A program made the position numbers and the translations under genes. Of a DNA stretch of 64,000 bases, positions 19,075 to 27,780 are shown in pieces (positions within the stretch are counted from its first letter, which is position 1; each line of letters starts with the position of its first letter). Origin of the DNA: Candidatus Latescibacterota bacterium (GTDB taxonomy: Bacteria; Latescibacterota; UBA2968; UBA8231); contig OZ242005.1 of the NCBI GenBank assembly GCA_965204725.1, positions 896,001 through 960,000 of the forward strand, given 5' to 3'. The notes under the pieces were generated by a model. The model was not told the origin of the DNA. It did no database searches and saw nothing but the letters and a program-made list of their open reading frames with translations.

Positions 19075-21057
19075 ATGGCTCAAGACGACAAAAAATCACC
19101 TGAGCTGATTCCCGCGGACCTCAAATTCGAGCCGGGTTTTAACGTCAAGACCTTGTGGGCCGCGCTCTTCGTCGGCTTCATCATGCTGCCCGGGGCCATC
19201 TACTTGGGGCTGGTAACCGGCCAAAGCATGGCGGGCGGCGCCGAGTGGGTGACGCTGATCCTCTTCATCGAAATCGCCAAGCGCTCCTTTGCCCGGCTGC
19301 GCACCCAAGAGGTGATCATTCTCTACTGGGTGGCCGGCGGCTTGGTCGTGATGGGCGGCAAGCTGGGCACTGGGGCCGAGCTGTTTGGCGGGCCTTTTGG
19401 CGGGCTGATCTGGGACCAGTACTTGATTCAATCGCCCCAAGCCGACGGCTTGCACCAGTACATCCCCGATTGGGTGGTGCCACCGCGCGGCTCGCCGGCC
19501 CTAGCCGGACGCTCCTTTTTGCACCCCGATTGGATCAAGCCCATCGCCCTCCTGCTGACCGTCATCGTCATGCAGAAGGTCAACAGCCTGTCCTTGGGCT
19601 ACGTGCTCTTTCGCGTCACCAACGACATCGAGCGCCTGCCGTACCCGCTGGCCGCAGTGCAGGCCGGCGGCGCCACCGCCCTCGCCGAGAGCTCCGGGCC
19701 GAGCCAAGGCTGGCGATGGGAAGTCTTTAGCGTCGGGGCCTTTATCGGCATTGTCTGGGGGCTGTTCTACGTGGTCATCCCCACGATTTCGGGCATTTTC
19801 TTTACCGAAACGGTGACCATCCTGCCGATTCCGTTCATCGACCTGACCGTTTCGATCAAGGAAATGCTGCCGGCGAGCATCATGGGTATTGGCACGGACT
19901 TAGGGCACGTCATGGTCGGCTTTGTCCTGCCCTTTTGGATTGTGGTCGGCTCCTTTGCCGCCGCCTTCCTCGTCAACCTCCTCGTCAATCCGGTGCTCTA
20001 CGCATACGACGTGCTGCACACTTGGGAGCCGGGCATGTCGGCGATCCCAACGCAGATCGCCAACTCCTTCGACTTCTGGCTCAGCTTCTCCATTGGCGGC
20101 GCGGTCGTCGTGGCCCTGATGGGTTTTGCCATGGTCGGCAAGACCTTGTGGACTTTGCGCGGGGTCAAGCGCGCCGAAGACGACGAGCACCTAACCGAGG
20201 GCCGCGGCGACATCCCCATCCCCCTCGCCTTGGGCGTCTGGGCGGTGAGTACGCTCGGCTTCGTGGTTTTGGTGTGGTATTTGGTGCCGGAATTTCCCTG
20301 GTGGATCAGCGCGTTCTTCGGCTTTGTGTGGACGCCGATTTACTCGTACATCGGAGCGCGTATGATCGGCCTGACCGGCTCGCCGCAAGGAGCGTCCTTC
20401 CCCTATCTGCGCGAAGGCTCCTTTTACCTGTCGGGCTATCAGGGCGCGGCCGTGTGGTTCGCGCCGATTCCGCTCTTCCAGTGGGGGTACGAAGCGGCGG
20501 CCTTCAAGCAACTAGAACTGACCCGCACGCACTTCGGCAGCATCGTCAAGCTGGCCGGCGTCACCTTGCTGATCATGTTCGTCTGCTCGTTTGTGTTCTG
20601 GTCTTTTATCTGGAAGTTGGGGCCGATTCCCTCGGCGGCCTATCCCTACGTGCAAAAGTTTTGGCCCTTTCACGCCACCATGCAGGCGTTCTGGGCCAAA
20701 TCGACCCTCGCCGAGGGAGGCAACGAGCTGATCAAGACCATCATTCGCTGGGAATACGTGCTCACCGGCGCGCTGGGCAGCGCGGGGATTTTGGGCGCGT
20801 TGGCCCTGGTGCGCTGGCCGGTCGCCCTGTTTTACGGATTCATCGGCGGCGTGGGCGCATGGCCGCACTTTCTGCTGCCCAACTTCATCGGCGCGTTGCT
20901 GGGCCGCTATCACTTGCAGAAGCGTTTTGGCGCGGCGCGCTGGCGGGCTTACGCGCCGATTCTCTTGGCGGGCTATTCGTGCGGGATGGGATTGGTCGGC
21001 ATGTCTTCCATCGCGCTGGCACTGATTTCCAAAGCGGTGTCGAGCATTGTGTTTTGA
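19075..21057 (+). CDS. OPT/YSL-like oligopeptide transporter family membrane protein
   Basis: 660 aa polytopic. DIERLPYPLAAV matches the OPT-like ExLxFP motif; 3 bp after the previous gene. Confidence 0.6.
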   Translation: MAQDDKKSPELIPADLKFEPGFNVKTLWAALFVGFIMLPGAIYLGLVTGQSMAGGAEWVTLILFIEIAKRSFARLRTQEVIILYWVAGGLVVMGGKLGTGAELFGGPFGGLIWDQYLIQSPQADGLHQYIPDWVVPPRGSPALAGRSFLHPDWIKPIALLLTVIVMQKVNSLSLGYVLFRVTNDIERLPYPLAAVQAGGATALAESSGPSQGWRWEVFSVGAFIGIVWGLFYVVIPTISGIFFTETVTILPIPFIDLTVSIKEMLPASIMGIGTDLGHVMVGFVLPFWIVVGSFAAAFLVNLLVNPVLYAYDVLHTWEPGMSAIPTQIANSFDFWLSFSIGGAVVVALMGFAMVGKTLWTLRGVKRAEDDEHLTEGRGDIPIPLALGVWAVSTLGFVVLVWYLVPEFPWWISAFFGFVWTPIYSYIGARMIGLTGSPQGASFPYLREGSFYLSGYQGAAVWFAPIPLFQWGYEAAAFKQLELTRTHFGSIVKLAGVTLLIMFVCSFVFWSFIWKLGPIPSAAYPYVQKFWPFHATMQAFWAKSTLAEGGNELIKTIIRWEYVLTGALGSAGILGALALVRWPVALFYGFIGGVGAWPHFLLPNFIGALLGRYHLQKRFGAARWRAYAPILLAGYSCGMGLVGMSSIALALISKAVSSIVF

Positions 21058-21103
21058 GGTGTCAATCGGCGAAGCATTGTCAAGGGCATTGTCAAATTAG
21101 CTA

Positions 21104-21947
21104 GAAGCTATCTCATAAATACCGTAGCAATATGAGGATACATCCGAGTTGTACAAAGCCGAGGTAGTTTCCAGCATAGTATTCGTATCGAACCACGATG
21201 CGGCGGAAGTTATGCAACCAAGCAAACAGTCTTTCTACTTTCCAACGTCTTTTGTAGCCCCGCAACCGCCGCCCATCCTGGGTTTTGGCTTGCGTGCGAT
21301 TGCGGCGATGCGGGGCGATCATCTCAATGCCTTGGTCGGCCAGGCTCGCATCCAATCGATCCGAGTCATAGGCTCGATCCCCGATGAGTCGTTGCGGTCG
21401 GGGCTGGACCCATCGGTTTTCCAAGGTGGCTTCTACGAGGGTGCCTTCGTGCGGCGAAGCACTTTGGATGGGTACGGCGATAGGAAGACCAGCGCGGTCT
21501 GCCACTGCCATGAGCTTCGTACCTTTGCCCCGCTTGGTCGGACCCACTCGGTCCCCCCTTTTTTCGCCGCGACAAACAGGCCGTCGATGAAACATTCGCT
21601 CACATCAAGGCCCCCGCGCTCATGCAAGTCGTGCGCGAGGGTGCGCAGAATACGCTCCAAGGTGCCATCAGACGACCACTGTTGGAATCGACGATGGCAG
21701 GTCTGGTAGGACGGATAGCGATCAGGCAGGTCATGCCAAGGCGCCCCGGTGCGGAGAATCCACAGAATACCATTGAGCACCGCCCGGTTACAACGCCAAG
21801 GACGACCCCGGCCATCGCGGCGTTTGGGACACGCCGGCCGCAGCGGGGACACGATCGACCACTGGTCATCGGTACGATCCATAAGAGATACCTCCGAAAG
21901 GGAATACCACTAACGTAGCACAGCCAGACTATTTATGAGATAGCTTC
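21104..21947 (-). mobile_element. IS5-family insertion sequence (IS427-like), 844 bp
   Basis: Perfect terminal inverted repeats GAAGCTATCTCATAAATA / TATTTATGAGATAGCTTC. Both ends sit in CTAG, consistent with a TA target duplication. Encloses a two-frame transposase. Confidence 0.92.
21113..21882 (-). CDS. IS5-family transposase expressed via -1 programmed frameshift (orfA 21882-21433, orfB 21595-21113)
   Basis: orfA has the DUF4096-like [16 protein letters not shown]. orfB has DDE motifs GDRAYDS and [11 protein letters not shown]. Slippery AAAAAAGGGGGG on the minus strand at 21564-21553. Confidence 0.88.
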
Positions 21948-21949
21948 TA

Positions 21950-22315
21950 GATTTTTGGAGCTTTATCGAGGCTAGCTTCGCATGGTTTGAAGAATCGCCC
22001 AAAACAGTTCCTGCATTCGATGACAACATAACGGAATATAAGGAAGAGAAGGACACGTGGCATGACCTCGTGAACGAAGTGGTTAGTGAATGTGGACGAG
22101 AACAAGTGACCCTAAATGTGCTGTTACAAGGTCTCGATCTTCGTTCCAAAACGTCGGTTCCACCTAAGGACTCAGTACCCTGCTTTACTATTCATGCCTC
22201 AAAGGGCATGGAATTCGAGCATGTTTATCTAGTTGGACTAGTGGAAGACCAATTACCGAATTGGGCAGCAGTCAAAAAGGGGGATGATAGCCATGAGATG
22301 CGGTTAGTAAATTGA
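21950..22315 (+). pseudogene. C-terminal remnant of a UvrD/REP-like SF1 helicase
   Basis: Frame is open from the IS junction (DFWSFIEASFAW...). Contains motif V TIHASKGMEFEHVYLVGL but ends before motif VI (EERR..VAITR). Confidence 0.75.
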
Positions 22316-22510
22316 GAGATGGATAATTTGTTGTGGAACTGGCGGTTTTTATTACGCCTTAGCGGCTTTCCTTGTCAGTCCTTTTCGGTCATTGGTTCAC
22401 CGCAAGGGTCGGCTGACCCCTGCGAATCGCTTACCTATGAGATAACCCGTGTACTCCGTGCCAAACAGCCCGTGCATTCTTCTGCACTCCGAGCCTGTGT
22501 GCCGTATAAC

Positions 22511-23527
22511 CTACGAGACCTGCTCAACGAAGGTGATCCACAGCGGGCTTTCGCCTACTTCGTGTTGCTCCAAGGGCGTCAGCGCACCAGTCACCGCGTC
22601 AATGCGATACGAAGCTAGCCGCCCCGATCCTTGGCCGACCGCGTAGGCGAAGCGGCCGCTCGGATCCAACTCAAAGAAGCGGGGCGTGGCCTCGGTGGGA
22701 TAGTGTCCTTTGGCCGTCAGCCTCCCATCGTTGCCAATGGCAAACAGGGCCAAGGAATCGTGGCCGCGATTGGACCCGTAGAGAAACCGGCCATTGGGTG
22801 CGATCTTTATTTCGGCCGTCGTGTTGCCCGCACGATCAAACCCCTCCGGCAGGGTCGAGATGACCTGAAACGACGACAGGGCCCCCGATTCCGGGTCGAA
22901 GCGGTAGGCCGAAATGGTGCTGCCGTTTTCGTTGATCGAATAGAGGAGATCGCGGGTTGGGTGGAAGGCGAAGTGGCGCGGGCCTTCGGGCGTGGCCGGT
23001 TGGACCTTGGGCGGGTCGTTGGGCGTTAGCTGCCCGGTTTGCTCGTCAAAGCGGAACTGAAAGATGGCGTTGGTCGGGTTGGTGTGCGGCACAAAGGCGA
23101 AGCGGTTCGAGCGGTCGGTTTGGATGCTGTGGGCGCGTATGGCGGTGGGGAGCATTTGCCGCGGCTGGTCCGCGAGTATGCCGGGGCCGCTCATGCTGTG
23201 AACGCCGACGTGGCCCGACCCATAGTAAGACGACAATAAAAAGGAGCAGGTATTGTCCAAAAATAAATAAGGCGGGCCTTCGGCTAGGGCCGTCTCCGAG
23301 AGCCTGGCGAGCGTCCCCTTCTCCTGATCGACCACATAGTTGACCAGTAATCTGGCGGCGCGCAGGGCCACAAACATCACTCTCCCGTTTGGGTGCATGA
23401 CCACCGCTCCGGGGGCACCCTCCAGCTCGATATTGGGCTGCGGCTCTAGTGCGCCGCTGTCTTCGTCCATTAGGAAATGAGAGAAAAAGTTGTTGCCCGA
23501 GTTTGAAACATATACGTGATAGGCCAT
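22511..23527 (-). CDS. pgl: 6-phosphogluconolactonase (lactonase beta-propeller family)
   Basis: GPRHFAFHP, LYGSNRGHDS and PRFF motifs of the YbhE/Pgl family. Confidence 0.8.
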   Translation of the reverse strand: MAYHVYVSNSGNNFFSHFLMDEDSGALEPQPNIELEGAPGAVVMHPNGRVMFVALRAARLLVNYVVDQEKGTLARLSETALAEGPPYLFLDNTCSFLLSSYYGSGHVGVHSMSGPGILADQPRQMLPTAIRAHSIQTDRSNRFAFVPHTNPTNAIFQFRFDEQTGQLTPNDPPKVQPATPEGPRHFAFHPTRDLLYSINENGSTISAYRFDPESGALSSFQVISTLPEGFDRAGNTTAEIKIAPNGRFLYGSNRGHDSLALFAIGNDGRLTAKGHYPTEATPRFFELDPSGRFAYAVGQGSGRLASYRIDAVTGALTPLEQHEVGESPLWITFVEQVS

Positions 23528-23548
23528 GGTGAGCTCCGCGGAAAAGTG

Positions 23549-24136
23549 TTAGGTAAGCGATGGGCAATATGCCGCTTCTCGCAAGGCATGCAAAAACGCG
23601 ACTGGATCGGCCGGGCCGAGCAAGAGGGCGTAGGGGCCGTGCGTTGGAATATACACGGCGCGCGGCGCACCGGTGTAGAAAACGTGCGCCTTCTCCTCGC
23701 TGCGCAGATGGAACGCCCCCCCGTAAAAAAAGAACGCGCTGATGGCGAAAATTTTGCGGCCGGGCCGATATTGGGGCGCGGCCGGCAAATCGACGACGTG
23801 GGCCTCCTCCACCGTTAGCTCGTTATAGGCAAAGTGCTTGCCGTGGGCGCTGTTGCGGATGAGGAGGTGCTCCTCTAGCAAGGCGAAATCCGTGCGGCGG
23901 GCACTCAAGTAAAACCAAGTGAGGACCGAGAAAAATATGATCAGCATCAGCGCGTACGACGAGCCCAAGGCCACGGGCGCGGCGAGTTGCGCGACCGGGC
24001 CTTCTGGGTCAATGGCCGCGTAGAGCGCGAAGGTCAGCACGGCGAAAAAGGCGGTGGTCGCGGCAAAAGACGCGGCCAGTACTTTGCCGAACAGGGCCGC
24101 GGACGGCGGGTGGATGGGAAAGATGCGCGGGTCCAT
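23549..24136 (-). CDS. Membrane protein with bacterial PH-like domain
   Basis: Two N-terminal TM helices, then a beta-rich domain ending ALLLGPADPVAFL (bPH_5-like). Confidence 0.55.
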   Translation of the reverse strand: MDPRIFPIHPPSAALFGKVLAASFAATTAFFAVLTFALYAAIDPEGPVAQLAAPVALGSSYALMLIIFFSVLTWFYLSARRTDFALLEEHLLIRNSAHGKHFAYNELTVEEAHVVDLPAAPQYRPGRKIFAISAFFFYGGAFHLRSEEKAHVFYTGAPRAVYIPTHGPYALLLGPADPVAFLHALREAAYCPSLT

Positions 24137-24137
24137 G

Positions 24138-24992
24138 TCAACTGGCCTTAATGAGCACCAACCCCCCGACGATGGCGAGGAGGCCGGTGGCCTTGAGCAG
24201 GGTGAGCCGTTCCTTGAGGAATATCCAGCCCAGCAGCGCGCCGATTACGACCGACGACTCGCGCACGGCGACGATGTACCCGACCGGGCCTTGGGTATAG
24301 GCGTAGAGAATCAGCAGATACGTGCCCAGCGAGGCTACGCCGATCAGGGTGATAACAGGCCAATGGACGCGGGCTATCGTCAGCAATCCCGCCCCGTACC
24401 GGCGCACGACCCAAGGTGCGCGCACGAGGCTGCCGATCAGCCACATGCCGGTGATGTAGTAGAGCGGTTGCACGTAGCCGACGCCTATTTTATCCACCAG
24501 CGAGTAGCAGACAATCGTCAGCCCCACGCCCAACGCGAGTTGCAAGCCGCGCGTCTGGTGCTTGAAGGCGGAGGCGCCCAAGCAGAAAATTCCCGCCAAG
24601 ACCAAGGCGATGCCGCTGGCTCCCAACAGGGAAATGTCTTCGCCCAAGGCCAGCCACGCGGCTAGGGCTGTCAGCCCCACGCCCGAGCCGCGGGCGACCG
24701 GATAGACGAGGGAGATTTCGCCGTGCTCATAAGCCTCGGCCAGCAGCGCGAAGTACAGCCCGTGAATAATGCCCGTAGCCACGAGGCACAGGCCGCCGGA
24801 CCACGACAGGGGCAGGGGCGGCGGTGTGCCCTGCCACCACGTGTACGCGCAAAACGGGATGGCGACTAGCACCCCAACCACTACGGAGAGCCAAATTATG
24901 GCTGCATCGCCAGCGGCTTTGCGGGCGGCGAAATTCCACAGGGCGTGGCCGATGGCGGCCGTCAATACGAGTCCCCAAACGTCGGCGTTCAT
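24138..24992 (-). CDS. DMT/EamA family transporter
   Basis: HALWN, AYEHGEISLVYPVARG, VAVRESSVV...FLKER; about 10 TM. Confidence 0.85.
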   Translation of the reverse strand: MNADVWGLVLTAAIGHALWNFAARKAAGDAAIIWLSVVVGVLVAIPFCAYTWWQGTPPPLPLSWSGGLCLVATGIIHGLYFALLAEAYEHGEISLVYPVARGSGVGLTALAAWLALGEDISLLGASGIALVLAGIFCLGASAFKHQTRGLQLALGVGLTIVCYSLVDKIGVGYVQPLYYITGMWLIGSLVRAPWVVRRYGAGLLTIARVHWPVITLIGVASLGTYLLILYAYTQGPVGYIVAVRESSVVIGALLGWIFLKERLTLLKATGLLAIVGGLVLIKAS

Positions 24993-25118
24993 TTTTTACT
25001 AAGGCAATCGGGGTACATGGGCCGGTTGACCATAGCGAGATTGAACTCTCGCGTCAAATGATCAATATTCTAAGCGAGCGATGGTACGCGGTGTTTCCTT
25101 ACTCGACTGAATAAACGG

Positions 25119-26093
25119 ATGGCAAACATATCTACTCCTACTTTCGCGGCGGTGGAGGAGGCCGCGGCGTTTATTGGGGCGCATCTGACGCCGACGCCGC
25201 TGGTCCACTGCTGGAAGCTCTCGCAAATGCTCGGTTGCCAATACCACGCCAAGTGCGAGAACTTGCAGCCTGTGGGGGCCTTTAAGGTCCGCGGCGGCGT
25301 CAACCTCATCGGGCGCTTGCGCCCAGATGAGCGACAACGGGGTGTCATCAGCGCGAGCACCGGCAATCACGGCCAGTCGCTGGCCTACGCGGGTCGGCTC
25401 TTTGGCACGCCGGTGATCATCTACGGGCCGGAGCGCGCCAGCAACCCGGCTAAGGTCGCGGCCATGCGCGCCCTCGGAGCCGAAGTCCGCCTGTGGGGCC
25501 GCGATTTCGACGAGGCCCGCGAGGAAGTCGAGCGCGTGGCGCGCAGCACGGGCTGCCGCTATGTGCATTCGGCCAACGAGCCTTTGCTGATCGCCGGCGT
25601 GGGCACCATGGGCTTGGAGATTTTTGCTGCCCTGCCCGATGTAGATGCGCTGATCGTGCCCGTAGGCGGCGGCAGCGGCATTTGCGGCCTCTCGCTCGTG
25701 GCTCGCCACCTAAACCCGGCTGTCGAGATCATCGGCGTCCAGACCGAGAGTGCCCCCGCCTGCTACCGGGCTTGGCAGCAGCGGCGGCTCGACGTGGCAG
25801 CCCCCATGACTACGCGGCACGAGGGGCTCGCCACACGCGTACCCTTTGCGATGACCGCGCGCATGATGTGGACACTCGTAGATCGCTTCGAGCTGGTCAC
25901 CGACGAGGAGATCGACGCGGCGATTGGCCTGCTGGCGCGGGAAGCCAAGCTGGTGGCCGAAGGTGCCGGGGCCGCATCCCTCGCCGCGGCCTTGAAGATC
26001 CGCAAGTCCTTGGCCGGCAAAAAGGTCGTGGGCATCCTCAGCGGTGGGAACGCGCCCGCCGAGGACTTGGCGAGGGTTTTGCAGCATGGCTAA
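25119..26093 (+). CDS. PLP-dependent threonine/serine dehydratase family protein
   Basis: KCENLQPVGAFKVRG, SASTGNHG, VPVGGGSG, ILSGGN. Confidence 0.9.
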   Translation: MANISTPTFAAVEEAAAFIGAHLTPTPLVHCWKLSQMLGCQYHAKCENLQPVGAFKVRGGVNLIGRLRPDERQRGVISASTGNHGQSLAYAGRLFGTPVIIYGPERASNPAKVAAMRALGAEVRLWGRDFDEAREEVERVARSTGCRYVHSANEPLLIAGVGTMGLEIFAALPDVDALIVPVGGGSGICGLSLVARHLNPAVEIIGVQTESAPACYRAWQQRRLDVAAPMTTRHEGLATRVPFAMTARMMWTLVDRFELVTDEEIDAAIGLLAREAKLVAEGAGAASLAAALKIRKSLAGKKVVGILSGGNAPAEDLARVLQHG

Positions 26094-27768
26094 AGGAACG
26101 AGGCGCAAAAAGGGACGGCGGCGGGGCGCGACCGCCCGCGCCAATGCCGAGTTGGGTGCCCACCTAGCGTCGCTGGGCCTAGCGGCGATTGAAGCCTATA
26201 AGGTCTGGTGCCGCCAGCACGGGTTTAGTGCCGCCCTGAGCAAGACTTGGCAGGAGCGGCGGCAAGAGCGCGTGGCCCACCAGCGCGACCAACGGGCCGC
26301 CCAAGCCACCCAAGCCCTGCAGCAACACGTCGAGCGACTGGGGCTCGACGGGGTGGCCGCCTACCAAGCGTGGTGTCGGCAACAGGGGATCGGCGACGCC
26401 ATGTACAAAAGCACGACCCAGCGCAACAAGGAACTCAAGCTCCACCAGCAAATTCAGAGTACGCAAGTCTTGCATGCGGGCCGCAAGCACAGCCGGCGCA
26501 CCAAAGACCTCGTCGAACAGATCTGGGCCGGCACCATCGCCGAGGAAGTACTGTCCACCGATGTCCTGCGCTTGCTCGGCCGGGCCTTTGCCGGATTGGC
26601 GGGCCGCGAGCGAGCGCAGCTACGAGATCTGCTTTTGCACGTGGAGAAGCGGGCGTCCAGCCTGCTCGACGCTCGCCCGGCCCTCCAGCGCTTGGGGCGG
26701 GTGGAGGGCAATACCTTTGTCGAAGCACTCGGCGCGTTGGCGCGGCACAGCCACGTCTGGCAGCGGCCCCCAGCCGAGTGGAAGCCAGACAGCCGCAACC
26801 CCCGGCGGCAATTCGCCGCGCTGGCCCGCTTCTTATTGGCCCGTTACGAGGTGTCGGCCTGCTTGGATTCGGGGTGGTTCGGCGGCTGGGGGCCAGCGGC
26901 CCAACGCCAGCAGGGGTGGTTTGTCCACGTGGGCAGCGGGCAGAACCTCCGCACGGCCGATCTGCCGCTTGTGCTCTCCAAACGCATGGCGCACGTCTTT
27001 GCCCAAGCACCGAGCGACCTGACGGCGACCGAGGCCCTGCGCTGGGCGCAAGTGGTGGGACAGGGTGGCAGCGAGGTACTGGCGCAAGCCGTAATAGCCA
27101 CGGAATTGGGGTGCGGTTTTGCCGACGAATCCTTCTGGAGCACCGCGGTGCTCTTCTTGGTTGAAAACCCAATGCTCGACCCGGATATGGTCGGGCCAAT
27201 CGTCGATTATATCAATCACCAAAAGTACGCGCCCACCGAGGAGGGCGGGCCGCCGCAGCCGGACTACGCCATGAAGGGGCGCAGCGCGGTTAAGCTCCTG
27301 AGCCAAGTCGAGGAATGGCACGAGCAACTCGCACGCGCCCGCCGCCAGCCCGGCGGGCAGTGGCCGGGGTCGGGCATTGAGGGGTTTGCCGAGGCGGACG
27401 ACGAGGAAGGGCTGCGCTGGACCATCCACGAGCTGACCTCCGCCAAGGAGCTGATGCTCGAAGGGCGGGCCATGAAACACTGCGTGGCCTCGTACGTGGC
27501 CAATTGCCGCCGCGGCAGCAAGTCGGTGTGGTCGCTACAAGCGGCCGACGCCGAGGGCCGCAGTGCGCGTGTAGCGACGATTGCCGTACACAACTCGAGC
27601 CGCAGAGTCGTCGAGGTGCGGGGGCGCTGCAACGCCGCGCTGTCGGGCAAGCGCGCGCAAAACAAGCGCTTGCAGCGGCCCTACCGGGAGTTATTGGCGC
27701 GCTCGGGGGCGGTGTTGCGAAAGTGGATTGACGCCGAGGAGCTGGGGCGGACCAAGCAAGTTTTCTGA
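26086..27768 (+). CDS. PcfJ domain-containing protein
   Basis: Start ATG 26086 overlaps the upstream stop. C-terminal ELMLEGRAMKHCVASY...VATIAV...EVRGRCN is the PcfJ motif. Confidence 0.75.
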   Translation: MAKGTRRKKGRRRGATARANAELGAHLASLGLAAIEAYKVWCRQHGFSAALSKTWQERRQERVAHQRDQRAAQATQALQQHVERLGLDGVAAYQAWCRQQGIGDAMYKSTTQRNKELKLHQQIQSTQVLHAGRKHSRRTKDLVEQIWAGTIAEEVLSTDVLRLLGRAFAGLAGRERAQLRDLLLHVEKRASSLLDARPALQRLGRVEGNTFVEALGALARHSHVWQRPPAEWKPDSRNPRRQFAALARFLLARYEVSACLDSGWFGGWGPAAQRQQGWFVHVGSGQNLRTADLPLVLSKRMAHVFAQAPSDLTATEALRWAQVVGQGGSEVLAQAVIATELGCGFADESFWSTAVLFLVENPMLDPDMVGPIVDYINHQKYAPTEEGGPPQPDYAMKGRSAVKLLSQVEEWHEQLARARRQPGGQWPGSGIEGFAEADDEEGLRWTIHELTSAKELMLEGRAMKHCVASYVANCRRGSKSVWSLQAADAEGRSARVATIAVHNSSRRVVEVRGRCNAALSGKRAQNKRLQRPYRELLARSGAVLRKWIDAEELGRTKQVF

Positions 27769-27780
27769 TAGGAGGGTATT

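Noticed and set aside
21113-21882. Transposase as a frameshifted pseudogene
   Set aside because: The overlap contains an A6G6 slippery site typical of IS427-like elements and the IRs are perfect.
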